Shown: one piece after another, positions 8,720 through 17,899 of the stretch
How positions within the stretch are numbered: the first letter of the stretch is position 1
Layout: each line of letters starts with the position of its first letter
NCBI GenBank assembly: GCA_964521915.1
Contig: CAZFTP010000002.1
Coordinates: 159,675-223,674, forward strand
DNA: 64,000 nucleotides
Reading direction: 5' to 3'
Source: an uncultured Candidatus Marinamargulisbacteria bacterium
GTDB taxonomy: Bacteria; Margulisbacteria; Marinamargulisbacteria; CAZFTP01
Translations under genes and position numbers: made by a program
Notes under the pieces: generated by a model
Database searches by the model: none
The model's input: only the letters and a program-made list of their open reading frames with translations
What the model was told of the DNA's origin: nothing

Positions 8720-9574
8720 ATGTTCACCAGATTTCAACGTATTGGTATAGTTGGTTTAGGAAGTATCGGTGCTAGCCTTGCAGAATTAATTAAAACAAAA
8801 CTCCCAGATACCGAAATCTATGGTTTAGTACAAACACAACAAACCATTGATATCGCATTAAAGCGTAGAATAATTAATTTTGGTTTTACTTTTTTAGAAA
8901 GTTTTCCTTTAGATTTAGATTTAATTTTTCTTTGTTCTCCGATTAATACCATTAAAAGCTACGCTGAATATTTTTTAGCTAATTGTCAAAGCGATGTAAT
9001 TATTACTGATACTGCCAGTGTAAAAAGAGCTATTTATCCAGAAATTATGACTTATACAGACAAAGAATTTATTGGCGGACACCCAATGGGTGGTATTGAA
9101 AAAGGCGGCATTCAGCATGCTAAAGCGGAATTAATCAGTAATTTCCCATATATTTTAATTAAAGAAGATAGTCATTATTATGAAGAATTAAGAAATTTTT
9201 TGGTTTCTTTAGATATAAAAATTATTGAACTGGCTTCAGCAGAAGAACATGATTTTTTGCTAAATTACGCTTCACATATTCCTTATTTAATGGCAGTTTT
9301 AACTACCAGTTTAGCTGAAAAAGAAATAAAAAATACGGAAATTTTTAAAACTATTATTGCTACTGGTTTTTATGATACCACCAGAAGAGCTAGTGCAGAA
9401 ACAATTTGGGGTAAAGATGTTTTTGCCTACAACAAAGAAAACCTTTTACAGGGTATTAAACTTGCTAAAAAAGAGCTTGATAATATTGCAACCTTGATTT
9501 TAAACGAAGATTATATAAAATTAGAAGAGTTTTTTCAAAAAATAAAAATTTTTAGAGACAAATTGTATGAGTGA
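8720..9574 (+). CDS. tyrA: Prephenate/arogenate dehydrogenase
   Basis: N-terminal Rossmann motif IGIVGLGSIGASLA, and GGHPMGG. Confidence 0.85.
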   Translation: MFTRFQRIGIVGLGSIGASLAELIKTKLPDTEIYGLVQTQQTIDIALKRRIINFGFTFLESFPLDLDLIFLCSPINTIKSYAEYFLANCQSDVIITDTASVKRAIYPEIMTYTDKEFIGGHPMGGIEKGGIQHAKAELISNFPYILIKEDSHYYEELRNFLVSLDIKIIELASAEEHDFLLNYASHIPYLMAVLTTSLAEKEIKNTEIFKTIIATGFYDTTRRASAETIWGKDVFAYNKENLLQGIKLAKKELDNIATLILNEDYIKLEEFFQKIKIFRDKLYE

Positions 9575-10634
9575 AAATTTAAAAAAAACACCTTTATATA
9601 ATGAGCACGTTAAATTAAACGCAAAAATTGTACCTTTTAGTAATTGGGAAATGCCGTTAAATTACTCTGACGGTATTATAGAAGAAGCGTTTCATACTCG
9701 CAAAAAAGCAAGTCTTTTTGATACTTCGCATATGGGAGAGTTTTATTTTAAAGGAGATTTAGATGCCACAAATTTAGATTTTAATTTTTCGTTTAAATTA
9801 GCAGAAATTAAAATTGGTAAAGGTAAATATGGGTTTCTTTTAAATGAGCATGGCGGTGTGATAGATGATTTAATAATTTTTAAGCTAGATACAAATGAAT
9901 TTTTGATTGTGGTAAATGCAGGTACTTATGAAAATGATTTTAAAGTAATTAAAAACAGCTTAAAAGGAGATTATATTTTTGAAGATCGATCTGCCAAATT
10001 AGGTAAGATTGATGTTCAAGGACCGTTATCAAAAGTAATTCTAGAAAAAGTATTAAATATTGAAAGTATTGGGTTACCTTATTTTGGCATTATGAAAATT
10101 AATTTTCATAATCAAGTTGGTTATTTAGCAAGAAGTGGATATACTGGTGAACTTGGGTTTGAAGTTTATTTACCTAATAACGAAATTGTTAAGTTGTGGC
10201 AGATTTTAATTGCAGAACCAGATGTAAAACCAGCAGGTTTAGGGGCAAGAGATATTTTGCGTTTAGAAAAGGGTTATAGCCTTTACGGACATGAGTTAAA
10301 TGAAGAAATAAACCCAATAGAAGCAGATTTAAGTAAATTTGTGGATTTAGAAAAAGAGTTCCGAGGTAAATCTTTTCTAATGAAGAACGGCTTAAAAAGA
10401 ATAAAAACCGCTTTTAAAACAGAATCAAGAAGATCACCAAGAGCACATTATAAAGTTTATTATCAAGGTAAGGAAATTGGCGAAGTTACCAGTGGTACCT
10501 ATTCACCATTTTTAGAAAAAGGGATTGGATTAGGTTATATTAAACCGGAATTTAATAAAATTGATCAGCCGATTGAACTAGGTGATGACAAATTGAAAAT
10601 CCCGGCAGTAATTACAAAACTACCGTTTTATTAA
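9567..10634 (+). CDS. gcvT: Glycine cleavage system aminomethyltransferase (T protein)
   Basis: KKTPLYNEHVKLNAKIVPFSNWEMPLNY, SGYTGELGFE, ARDILRLEKG. Overlaps the tyrA stop by 8 nt. Confidence 0.95.
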   Translation: MSENLKKTPLYNEHVKLNAKIVPFSNWEMPLNYSDGIIEEAFHTRKKASLFDTSHMGEFYFKGDLDATNLDFNFSFKLAEIKIGKGKYGFLLNEHGGVIDDLIIFKLDTNEFLIVVNAGTYENDFKVIKNSLKGDYIFEDRSAKLGKIDVQGPLSKVILEKVLNIESIGLPYFGIMKINFHNQVGYLARSGYTGELGFEVYLPNNEIVKLWQILIAEPDVKPAGLGARDILRLEKGYSLYGHELNEEINPIEADLSKFVDLEKEFRGKSFLMKNGLKRIKTAFKTESRRSPRAHYKVYYQGKEIGEVTSGTYSPFLEKGIGLGYIKPEFNKIDQPIELGDDKLKIPAVITKLPFY

Positions 10635-10637
10635 TTC

Positions 10638-10670
10638 GTATATCCAGGGGGCTTTGCCCCCTGGATATAC
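10638..10670 (+). repeat. TATAC-type perfect hairpin between gcvT and gcvH
   Basis: gtatatccaggggg-ctttg-ccccctggatatac, followed by ataaaaaaa. Confidence 0.9.
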
Positions 10671-10696
10671 ATAAAAAAACTCAAAGGAGACTACTA

Positions 10697-11065
10697 ATGT
10701 TTTATACAAAAGATCATGAATGGATAAAACCAGAAAATAAAACTGCTACTGTAGGTATATCAGATTACGCGCAAGAGCATCTTGGCGATATTACTTTTAT
10801 CGATCTACCAACTGTTGGTAAGAGTTTTAAACAAGGTGATGTTTTTGCCAGCATTGAATCTGTAAAAGCCGTAAGTGATATTTACATGCCTATTGCCGGT
10901 AAAATTATTGCTATAAATTCTGCATTAGAAAACCAACCGGAACTAGTAAATCAGGATGCAGAAACAAATGGTTGGTTGGTAAAAATTGAAATGGAAAATG
11001 CGGATGAACTTAATTCTCTCATGAATTTTGATACCTACACTCACTATATTGAAGGCTTAGAATAA
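10697..11065 (+). CDS. gcvH: Glycine cleavage system H protein (lipoyl carrier)
   Basis: YTKDHEWI, and lipoyl-lysine motif ESVKAVSDIY. Confidence 0.95.
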   Translation: MFYTKDHEWIKPENKTATVGISDYAQEHLGDITFIDLPTVGKSFKQGDVFASIESVKAVSDIYMPIAGKIIAINSALENQPELVNQDAETNGWLVKIEMENADELNSLMNFDTYTHYIEGLE

Positions 11066-12369
11066 TGAACTATTTGCCTCATACAGCCGCTGATAAGCAA
11101 GCAATGCTTTCAGCTATTGGTGTGAAGAATATAGATGCTTTATTTAGCCATATTCCTGCTGATTTAAAAGTTCAAAAATTTGATTTGCCAGCTGGTAAAA
11201 CAGAATTGGAAATTATTAAATATTTTCAAAAATTAAGTCAAAATAACGAAGCAGTTAAGCTTAATTTATTAGGAGGGGGTTTTTATAATCATCATATTCC
11301 GGTAGCGATTGATTTTTTAGTAAACCAAAGCGCTTTTTATACTGCTTATACACCGTATCAACCAGAGGCATCTCAAGGTAGCTTGCAAGCGCTTTTCGAG
11401 TACCAAAGCGCAATTTGTAGGCTTACTAATTTAGAGGTGAGTAATGCTTCTCTTTATGATGGTGGTACTGCTTTAGCTGAAGCAGTTTTAATGGCAATTA
11501 GAATTAAACAAAAAAACGAAATAATTATCGATAAAGGGGTTAACCCTTTATATAGATCTATTATTAAAACCTATCTTAAAAATTTGGATGTAAAGATTAT
11601 TGAATTGGAACATAGAAATTATCAATTTGATGTAGAGGGGTTAAAGGCAAAATGTAATGAAAATACGATAGCGGTAGTTTTACAAAATCCGAATTTTTTT
11701 GGTTCAGTTCAAGATTTTACCTCTGCGGTAAGTTTTATTCACGAAAAACAAGCCTTAGCTATTTTGAGTTTTTACCCGATTTCTTTAGGTATTTTAAAAT
11801 CTCCTGGTGAGATGGGTTTTGATATTGCTACTGCAGAAGGTCAAAGTTTAGGTATGCCATTAAGTTTTGGCGGACCTTATCTTGGTATTATCGCGACTAA
11901 GCGGGAGTTTATCAGGCAAATGCCAGGCAGAATTGTTGGGGAAACTGTAGATAAAAGCGGCAAAAGAGGTTATGTTTTAACATTGCAGGCAAGGGAGCAA
12001 CATATTAGAAGAGAAAAAGCCACTTCCAATATTTGTTCTAACCAGAGTTTATGCGCTTTGAGGGCTTTGGTTTATCTAAGTTTAGTGGGACCAAAAGGTT
12101 TAAAAGAAGTGGCAGAGCTTAATTTAGCAAGAGCAGAAGAGGCTAAAAAATTAATCTGTAAATATGCTGTTATCAAAAATGGATTTACTTTTAATGAATT
12201 TGTAATTGAACCTAAAAAGGAATATGCTAATCTTTGGCATGATTTACTTAAAAAGGATATAATTCTAGGGCTTCCTTTGGATAAATTTTATCCTGAATTA
12301 AAAAATCAGTTTTTGGTTTCTGTAACGGAAAATGTTAACCAAGAAGAGCTAGAACAAATTTTCACTTAG
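11065..12369 (+). CDS. gcvPA: Glycine dehydrogenase (decarboxylating) subunit 1
   Basis: YTPYQPEASQGSLQALFEYQ, REQHIRREKATSNICSNQ. Confidence 0.95.
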   Translation: MNYLPHTAADKQAMLSAIGVKNIDALFSHIPADLKVQKFDLPAGKTELEIIKYFQKLSQNNEAVKLNLLGGGFYNHHIPVAIDFLVNQSAFYTAYTPYQPEASQGSLQALFEYQSAICRLTNLEVSNASLYDGGTALAEAVLMAIRIKQKNEIIIDKGVNPLYRSIIKTYLKNLDVKIIELEHRNYQFDVEGLKAKCNENTIAVVLQNPNFFGSVQDFTSAVSFIHEKQALAILSFYPISLGILKSPGEMGFDIATAEGQSLGMPLSFGGPYLGIIATKREFIRQMPGRIVGETVDKSGKRGYVLTLQAREQHIRREKATSNICSNQSLCALRALVYLSLVGPKGLKEVAELNLARAEEAKKLICKYAVIKNGFTFNEFVIEPKKEYANLWHDLLKKDIILGLPLDKFYPELKNQFLVSVTENVNQEELEQIFT

Positions 12370-12416
12370 TGTAAATACCCTTTGACTTTTATTAAACCTT
12401 TCGCTTTAATAAGACC

Positions 12417-14150
12417 ATGCTTGCAAAGAGTACCATCGAAGCAGTAAAAGCCTATCCCGATTTAGTTAGTGTTGTTTCAGAATATGTTACCTTAAAAAAG
12501 CGTGGTAGAAATTATTTGGGATTATGTCCTTTCCATTCGGAAAAAACTCCGTCTTTTACCGTAAGTCCGGATAAGCAAATTTGGCATTGTTTTGGATGTC
12601 ATGAATCCGGAAATTTAATTTCTTTTATTATGAAAATTGAAAATCAAGGTTTTACTGAAGCTTGTACTACGTTAGCGCAAAAGTTAAATATCCCTATTGA
12701 ATATACGGAAAAACCGGAATATCAAAGTAAGGAAGATCAAGAATTTGAACAAATCAGAGATCTTTTATATCAAGCCAGAGTATTTTTTCAAGAAAAATTG
12801 ACAGAAAATAAACCCGCACAAGATTATTTAAAGAATCGTAAATTAAATGAAAAAAGTATTCGCGATTTTCATCTTGGATATGCACCATATAATAGTCAAT
12901 TATTGTCGTATTTACGGCAAAAAGGTTTTAAAGATATTGTGCTTGGTAAGAGTGGTCTATTCTTTTTGACCGAGGAAAATGAATTAAGAGAGCGTTTCAG
13001 AAATAGGGTTATTTTCCCTATTGTAGATGAAAGAGGCAGAACAATAGCTTTTGGTGGTAGAATTTTTAATAATGAAGAAAATACAGCTAAGTATTTGAAT
13101 TCAGAAGAAACAGTTATTTTTAATAAGAGAAAAACTTTTTATGCTTTAAATTTGGCAAAAGCCGCTATTCAAGAGAAAAATTTTGTAATTCTTATGGAAG
13201 GTTACTTAGATGTAATAGCCACGCATCAGGCTGGTTTTCGTAATACAATTGGTACTATGGGAACAGCCTTAACATTGGAACATTTACAAAAATTAAAACG
13301 TTTTACGGAAAATGTATATCTGGCTTTTGATAACGATAAAGCAGGTGTAATTGCTTTGGAAAGAAACAGCGCTTTACTTTCGGAATACGGTTTTAAGATC
13401 AAAGTTATTCGGTATTTAACCAAAGATCCAGCGGAATATCTTAATAAATACCCGGTAGAAGAATTTGAAAAATTAATTAACCAGGCAGATTCCTTAATTA
13501 TATATCATTACAAGAGATTAAAAGAACAATATGGCTTAGCTAGTATAGAAAATAAGCTTAAAATTATTGAAGAATTAATACCTTTATTGAAAAAAGAACA
13601 ACAAATTGTGCAAGATCATTATCTGCAAATTATCAGCCAGGAATTAAAGATAGGGCAAGAGGTAATTAAGGAAAAATTAAGAGAAAATTTAATTGTTTCT
13701 AAAAGAAGTCCTATTAATGTCTATAAAAATAAAGATAAGTATAGAAAAGCTGAGGAAATTGTATTATATTTATATGCAACAAAAATAGGTGAAAGTCAGT
13801 TTTTAGATATTAGTGAAGGTGATTTTAGTAATCCAATGGCAAAAAAAATTTTTGCCCAATTGCAAAATAATCAATTTTCTAATATAAATAAGCTGATTGA
13901 AATTTTAGATAAAGAAGAAAAAGCCTATTTTTCGCAAATTTTAATCTTAGGGGGTTTAAAAGAAAAGTATTCAGATTCAGAAATTACTGATTATCTATTT
14001 ACTTTGAAGAATTATCAACAAAAGAAACGTTTGGAAGAAATCAGAACTAGAATAAACGAACTAGAGTCAATCAGTGTGCCAAATGATGAAGAATTAAATC
14101 AATTATTAAATGAGTATAATTGTTTAATTAGAGTTAATAAGGAGGGATAA
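12417..14150 (+). CDS. dnaG: DNA primase
   Basis: Zinc finger [25 protein letters not shown]; TOPRIM motifs EGYLDV and DNDKAG. Confidence 0.95.
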   Translation: MLAKSTIEAVKAYPDLVSVVSEYVTLKKRGRNYLGLCPFHSEKTPSFTVSPDKQIWHCFGCHESGNLISFIMKIENQGFTEACTTLAQKLNIPIEYTEKPEYQSKEDQEFEQIRDLLYQARVFFQEKLTENKPAQDYLKNRKLNEKSIRDFHLGYAPYNSQLLSYLRQKGFKDIVLGKSGLFFLTEENELRERFRNRVIFPIVDERGRTIAFGGRIFNNEENTAKYLNSEETVIFNKRKTFYALNLAKAAIQEKNFVILMEGYLDVIATHQAGFRNTIGTMGTALTLEHLQKLKRFTENVYLAFDNDKAGVIALERNSALLSEYGFKIKVIRYLTKDPAEYLNKYPVEEFEKLINQADSLIIYHYKRLKEQYGLASIENKLKIIEELIPLLKKEQQIVQDHYLQIISQELKIGQEVIKEKLRENLIVSKRSPINVYKNKDKYRKAEEIVLYLYATKIGESQFLDISEGDFSNPMAKKIFAQLQNNQFSNINKLIEILDKEEKAYFSQILILGGLKEKYSDSEITDYLFTLKNYQQKKRLEEIRTRINELESISVPNDEELNQLLNEYNCLIRVNKEG

Positions 14151-15160
14151 TGGCAACTAATACAATTGAAGAAATTAAAATATTAGAAGAATTACCGGAA
14201 TTTCCTACTGCTGATTTTGAAGAAATAGAAGCTTTAGCTGAAGAAGTTTTTGCAGAAGAAGAAGAAGCGTTTCAAGATGAATTAGAACAAATATTGAATT
14301 TAGAAAAATTATTACGTATTAGAGATGATGAACTTAATTCTGATGATGCTGTTAAAATGTATCTGAAAGAAATAGGTAAAATCAAACTGCTTAATAAAGA
14401 AAATGAATACGATTTATCTAAAAAAATTTCTCAAGGTGATATTAAAAGTAAGAATAAATTAATTATTTCTAATCTTCGTTTAGTTGTAAGCATTGCTAAA
14501 AAATATACCGGTAGAGGTATTTTATTTCTAGATTTAATACAAGAAGGTAATTTAGGTTTAATCAGAGCAGTTGAAAAGTTTGATTATACCAAAGGTTACA
14601 AATTTAGTACTTACGCAACTTGGTGGATTCGTCAATCAATTACCAGAGCTATTGCAGATCAAGCCAGAACAATCCGAGTACCTGTGCATATGATAGAAAC
14701 CATTAATAAGCTAAGAAAAATTTCACGTCAATTGTTACAGGAATTATCTCGCAAACCCACTGAAGAAGAAATTGCGGAGAAATGTGAATTGCCTATAGAT
14801 AAAGTTAAAGAAGTGGTGAGAATTTCGCAAGTACCGCTTTCTTTGGAAAATCCGGTTAGGGAAGAAGATGGTTATTTATTAAAAGATTTAGTTGAAGATT
14901 GTTCCTCTGAAGTTCCGGAAAAAATGTTGTTAAAAGACTCTTTGAGAGAAGATATTGATGAAATTTTATTGGATTTAAGTGAAAGAGAGGGGCAAGTAAT
15001 TAAATTGCGGTTTGGTTTTGAAGATGGAAAACCAAAAACGTTGGAAGAAGTTGGTAAAATTTATAATGTAACCAGAGAAAGAATTAGGCAAATAGAAGCA
15101 AAAGCCTTGAAAAAATTACAACATCCAAAACGGAAGAAGGTTTTAATAGAGTATCTTTAA
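14150..15160 (+). CDS. rpoD: Primary-like sigma-70 factor
   Basis: Region 2 [27 protein letters not shown]; region 4 [27 protein letters not shown]; classic dnaG-rpoD linkage. Confidence 0.95.
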   Translation: MATNTIEEIKILEELPEFPTADFEEIEALAEEVFAEEEEAFQDELEQILNLEKLLRIRDDELNSDDAVKMYLKEIGKIKLLNKENEYDLSKKISQGDIKSKNKLIISNLRLVVSIAKKYTGRGILFLDLIQEGNLGLIRAVEKFDYTKGYKFSTYATWWIRQSITRAIADQARTIRVPVHMIETINKLRKISRQLLQELSRKPTEEEIAEKCELPIDKVKEVVRISQVPLSLENPVREEDGYLLKDLVEDCSSEVPEKMLLKDSLREDIDEILLDLSEREGQVIKLRFGFEDGKPKTLEEVGKIYNVTRERIRQIEAKALKKLQHPKRKKVLIEYL

Positions 15161-15187
15161 TGGGGTTTAAGGGGCATAGCTCCAAAA

Positions 15188-15784
15188 TTAATTTCCCGGT
15201 AAGGGTTTAAAGTAGCCAACTACATTTGGGGAGGCAGTCATAATATTTCCAATTTGTTCTGCATAATTATCGCTTAATTTCGAACCATCAACTTGAAAAT
15301 TAGTTTTATCTTTGGTATCAATAGCAGAAGCTGTTTTCCCTGAGAATTTAATGCTGTCAACATTAATTAATTGATTAGGACTAAAAGAAAAAACATAAAT
15401 AGAACCATCGTTCAGCATATAAATAATATCTAGATTTATCAGTAGATGTTTATCAAATAAGATGCTTCCTTGATTATCTGCTTGTGGCACTGAGAAAAAA
15501 TCGCTAGGTGAATATTTTCCATTTTCTAAAAGAGCTTTTTCTTGTGCTAATAAGAAACAAGCACCGGTATCTGTTGAATTCAAGGTTATAGTTTTAAGCT
15601 GATCGTTGATATCTGGGGCAGTAACATTTTTAGTTGCTGGTTCAGGGGTAACAGTTAATGGAGTATTTGATTTGTTAGCAGGTTTAGTTGTAACTAGTTT
15701 TGTTTTGTTTGTAGTATGAACTGTAAAAATAAAAGCACTGCTAAAAATACAAATTAAAATAATTATAAATAGTAATTTTTTCAT
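15188..15784 (-). CDS. Hypothetical secreted or membrane-anchored protein
   Basis: N-terminal signal or anchor sequence MKKLLFIIILICIFSSAFIF, and AAGGAG upstream. No recognisable domain. Confidence 0.5.
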   Translation of the reverse strand: MKKLLFIIILICIFSSAFIFTVHTTNKTKLVTTKPANKSNTPLTVTPEPATKNVTAPDINDQLKTITLNSTDTGACFLLAQEKALLENGKYSPSDFFSVPQADNQGSILFDKHLLINLDIIYMLNDGSIYVFSFSPNQLINVDSIKFSGKTASAIDTKDKTNFQVDGSKLSDNYAEQIGNIMTASPNVVGYFKPLPGN

Positions 15785-15996
15785 GTTTTACTCCTTTTTA
15801 TAAATTATAGCAGAAAAAAATGAATAACGAAGAAAAAGAATTTAAAGTTTTTGATTTATTAATGGCTGGTGAAGCAAAAGGCACCATCATCTTTAACCAA
15901 GATCCTTCCAGAACAATAATAACACTAACTGAAGTAAATAATAATAAATAATCGACGCTGTAGGCGGAGCCTACAGTAGATAAAAAAACAAACATC

Positions 15997-16032
15997 GTAT
16001 CGGATAGTTGATTATTTACATCTATCCGATAC
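15997..16032. promoter_or_regulatory. Perfect 11-bp inverted repeat (possible operator) abutting a TATAAT box upstream of the Fic gene
   Basis: gtatcggatag (15997-16007) and ctatccgatac (16022-16032) with a 14-nt spacer. TATAAT at 16038-16043, ATG at 16051. Confidence 0.4.
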
Positions 16033-16050
16033 CGATATATAATCTAAATA

Positions 16051-16986
16051 ATGAGTTTAGATGAAAAACTATTAAGAAGTTTAGATGGTAAAAGACGAGA
16101 ACTTGATAAACTGCGTCCTTTCCCTAAATCCGCCTTAGAACGTTTACATCATCAGTTTATTATTGAATGGACTTTCAACTCTAATGCTATAGAAGGTAAT
16201 ACACTTACTTTAAGGGAAACTGCTTTGGTTTTAAATGAAGGTATTACCATTTCCGGTAAACCTTTAAGAGAACATTTTGAAGCTATTAATCATCAAAAAG
16301 CAATTTTAACTTTAGAAGACTTTATAGGGAAAAAAGTACCTCTTGACGAGAATTTAATTAAATCACTACATAAAATTATTCTAACTAATATTGATGAAAT
16401 TGAAGCAGGTTGCTATAGAAAAGAAAGAGTGCGCATTTTAGGTGCTACTCATATCCCACCAGATCCTCTTAAAATATCTAAATTAATGGCTGAATTAATA
16501 GCTGACTATTATCAAAAAGAAAAGGTGTTACATCCAATTGAATTAGCCGCAGAAATTCATTATCAATTAGTTAAAATTCATCCTTTTTTAGATGGTAATG
16601 GCAGAACTGCCAGATTAATCATGAATTTGATTTTAATGAAGGCAGGTTATCCGCCGGCAGTAATTTTAAAACTGGATAGGAAGAAATATTATCATGTTCT
16701 AAGAGAAAGAGATAATAATAAAAGAGAAGCTTTTGATAATTTTGTTGCTAAATCCGTTGAACGTTCATTAATTATTTATTTAGAAGCATTAACTCCAAGT
16801 ACCAATAAAGCTTATAATAAACAGGGTTATCTTAGCTTAGCCGAAGCAACAAAATACTGTAATTATTCTCAAGAGTATTTATCTTTACTGGCCAGAACCG
16901 GAAAATTAGCGGCTGTAAAAATTAACCGTAATTGGCTTACTACCAAAGAAGCTGTAGAAGAATACCAAAAATTAATTTTTCGGTAA
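16051..16986 (+). CDS. Fic-family protein (class II, internal inhibitory helix) with C-terminal excisionase/MerR-type HTH
   Basis: Fic motif HPFLDGNGRTARL; inhibitory motif SNAIEGN ([S/T]xxxE[G/N]); C-terminal YLSLAEATKYCNYSQEYLSLLARTGKLAAVKINRNW. Confidence 0.9.
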   Translation: MSLDEKLLRSLDGKRRELDKLRPFPKSALERLHHQFIIEWTFNSNAIEGNTLTLRETALVLNEGITISGKPLREHFEAINHQKAILTLEDFIGKKVPLDENLIKSLHKIILTNIDEIEAGCYRKERVRILGATHIPPDPLKISKLMAELIADYYQKEKVLHPIELAAEIHYQLVKIHPFLDGNGRTARLIMNLILMKAGYPPAVILKLDRKKYYHVLRERDNNKREAFDNFVAKSVERSLIIYLEALTPSTNKAYNKQGYLSLAEATKYCNYSQEYLSLLARTGKLAAVKINRNWLTTKEAVEEYQKLIFR

Positions 16987-17060
16987 CGGTTTAAAATAAC
17001 CTACAGCATTTTATTTAATTTTTTTTAAAACAATTATATAATAGTAAAAAGAAAATCGAT

Positions 17061-17381
17061 ATGAAAAAAAATCAACAAATTAACATAAAAAAAATAACCC
17101 AAAAAATAATTGCGAAATTTAATCCAAAACTTATTTATTTATTTGGTAGTTATGCTAAAAATAACAATACTCCAAATAGTGATTTAGATATTTTAATAAT
17201 TGATGAAAAAGCTGAAAAAGAAGATTTGGCTTTACAAATAAGTTTAGAATTTTTTCCCAGAAATTATCATATGGATTTACTTGTTTATATGCCAATTGTT
17301 TTTGAAGATAAGCTAAAAAATAAATCTCCTTTTTTTAATGATATTATTCTTAATGGAAAAAAACTTTATGAAAGAGCTTGA
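17061..17381 (+). CDS. Minimal nucleotidyltransferase (MNT/MntA-like, antitoxin-type)
   Basis: GSYAKNNNTPNSDLDILI (GSxxxG..SDxD). Confidence 0.8.
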   Translation: MKKNQQINIKKITQKIIAKFNPKLIYLFGSYAKNNNTPNSDLDILIIDEKAEKEDLALQISLEFFPRNYHMDLLVYMPIVFEDKLKNKSPFFNDIILNGKKLYERA

Positions 17382-17756
17382 AATTGCTGAATGGTTAGAA
17401 ACTATTAAACATGATATAGAAACTGTTAAATTAATACTTAGAGAAAATGGTCATGCAGATATTGGGATTTATCACATTCATCAAGCGGTAGAAAAATACT
17501 TTTCATTTTAAAAGGAAAAAATTTCCCTAAAATTCATTTTTTGGATAAATTAAGTTCTGATTTAATGAAAGCTTATCCGGAAATCAATATTATCCTAAGA
17601 GAAATTATGTTTATTGATAAATATTTGCCAAAATTGCGTTATCCAGTTAGTGATAGATTAATTGATATTGATTTAATCAATTGTTGGGAAAACTTTCAAA
17701 AAATTGAAATTACAATGAAAAATATTATTTCAAAAGAAGCTAGCATTAGCATTTAA
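17368..17756 (+). pseudogene. HEPN-domain gene (HepT-like partner of the MNT) split by a frameshift
   Basis: ATG at 17368 overlaps the MNT stop. This frame reads MKELEIAEW..HIHQAVEKYFSF and stops at TAA 17509-17511. The HEPN continuation (KGKKFPKIHFLDKLSSDL...) is in another frame through 17756. The junction lies in an A/T homopolymer-rich stretch. Confidence 0.65.
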
Positions 17757-17822
17757 CGATAAGAATACAATTTTTATGAACCCTTTGATTTATCATTAAA
17801 ACGTAAAATTTTATAGCATTAT

Positions 17823-17859
17823 GATAATATACACGGTATATTATCGGTATGTTTTTTTT
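17823..17859. terminator. Possible bidirectional terminator between the HEPN remnant and rsmA
   Basis: Perfect 10-bp inverted repeat gataatatac/gtatattatc with a 3-nt loop, followed by a T8 run at 17852-17859. Confidence 0.35.
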
Positions 17860-17899
17860 CTTTTGTGGTTGCACCAATTAAAATAACTGAAAAAATAGG

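Noticed and set aside
8623-9566. Glycine riboswitch upstream of gcvT
   Set aside because: gcvT overlaps the end of tyrA, so there is no leader. The 97-bp region upstream of tyrA shows no glycine-riboswitch-like conserved core that I can recognise.
15798-15995. 65-aa minus-strand ORF between the secreted-protein gene and Fic
   Set aside because: It is hydrophobic and low-complexity, has no start context, and overlaps a more plausible plus-strand 43-codon ORF and a hairpin. I support neither strongly.
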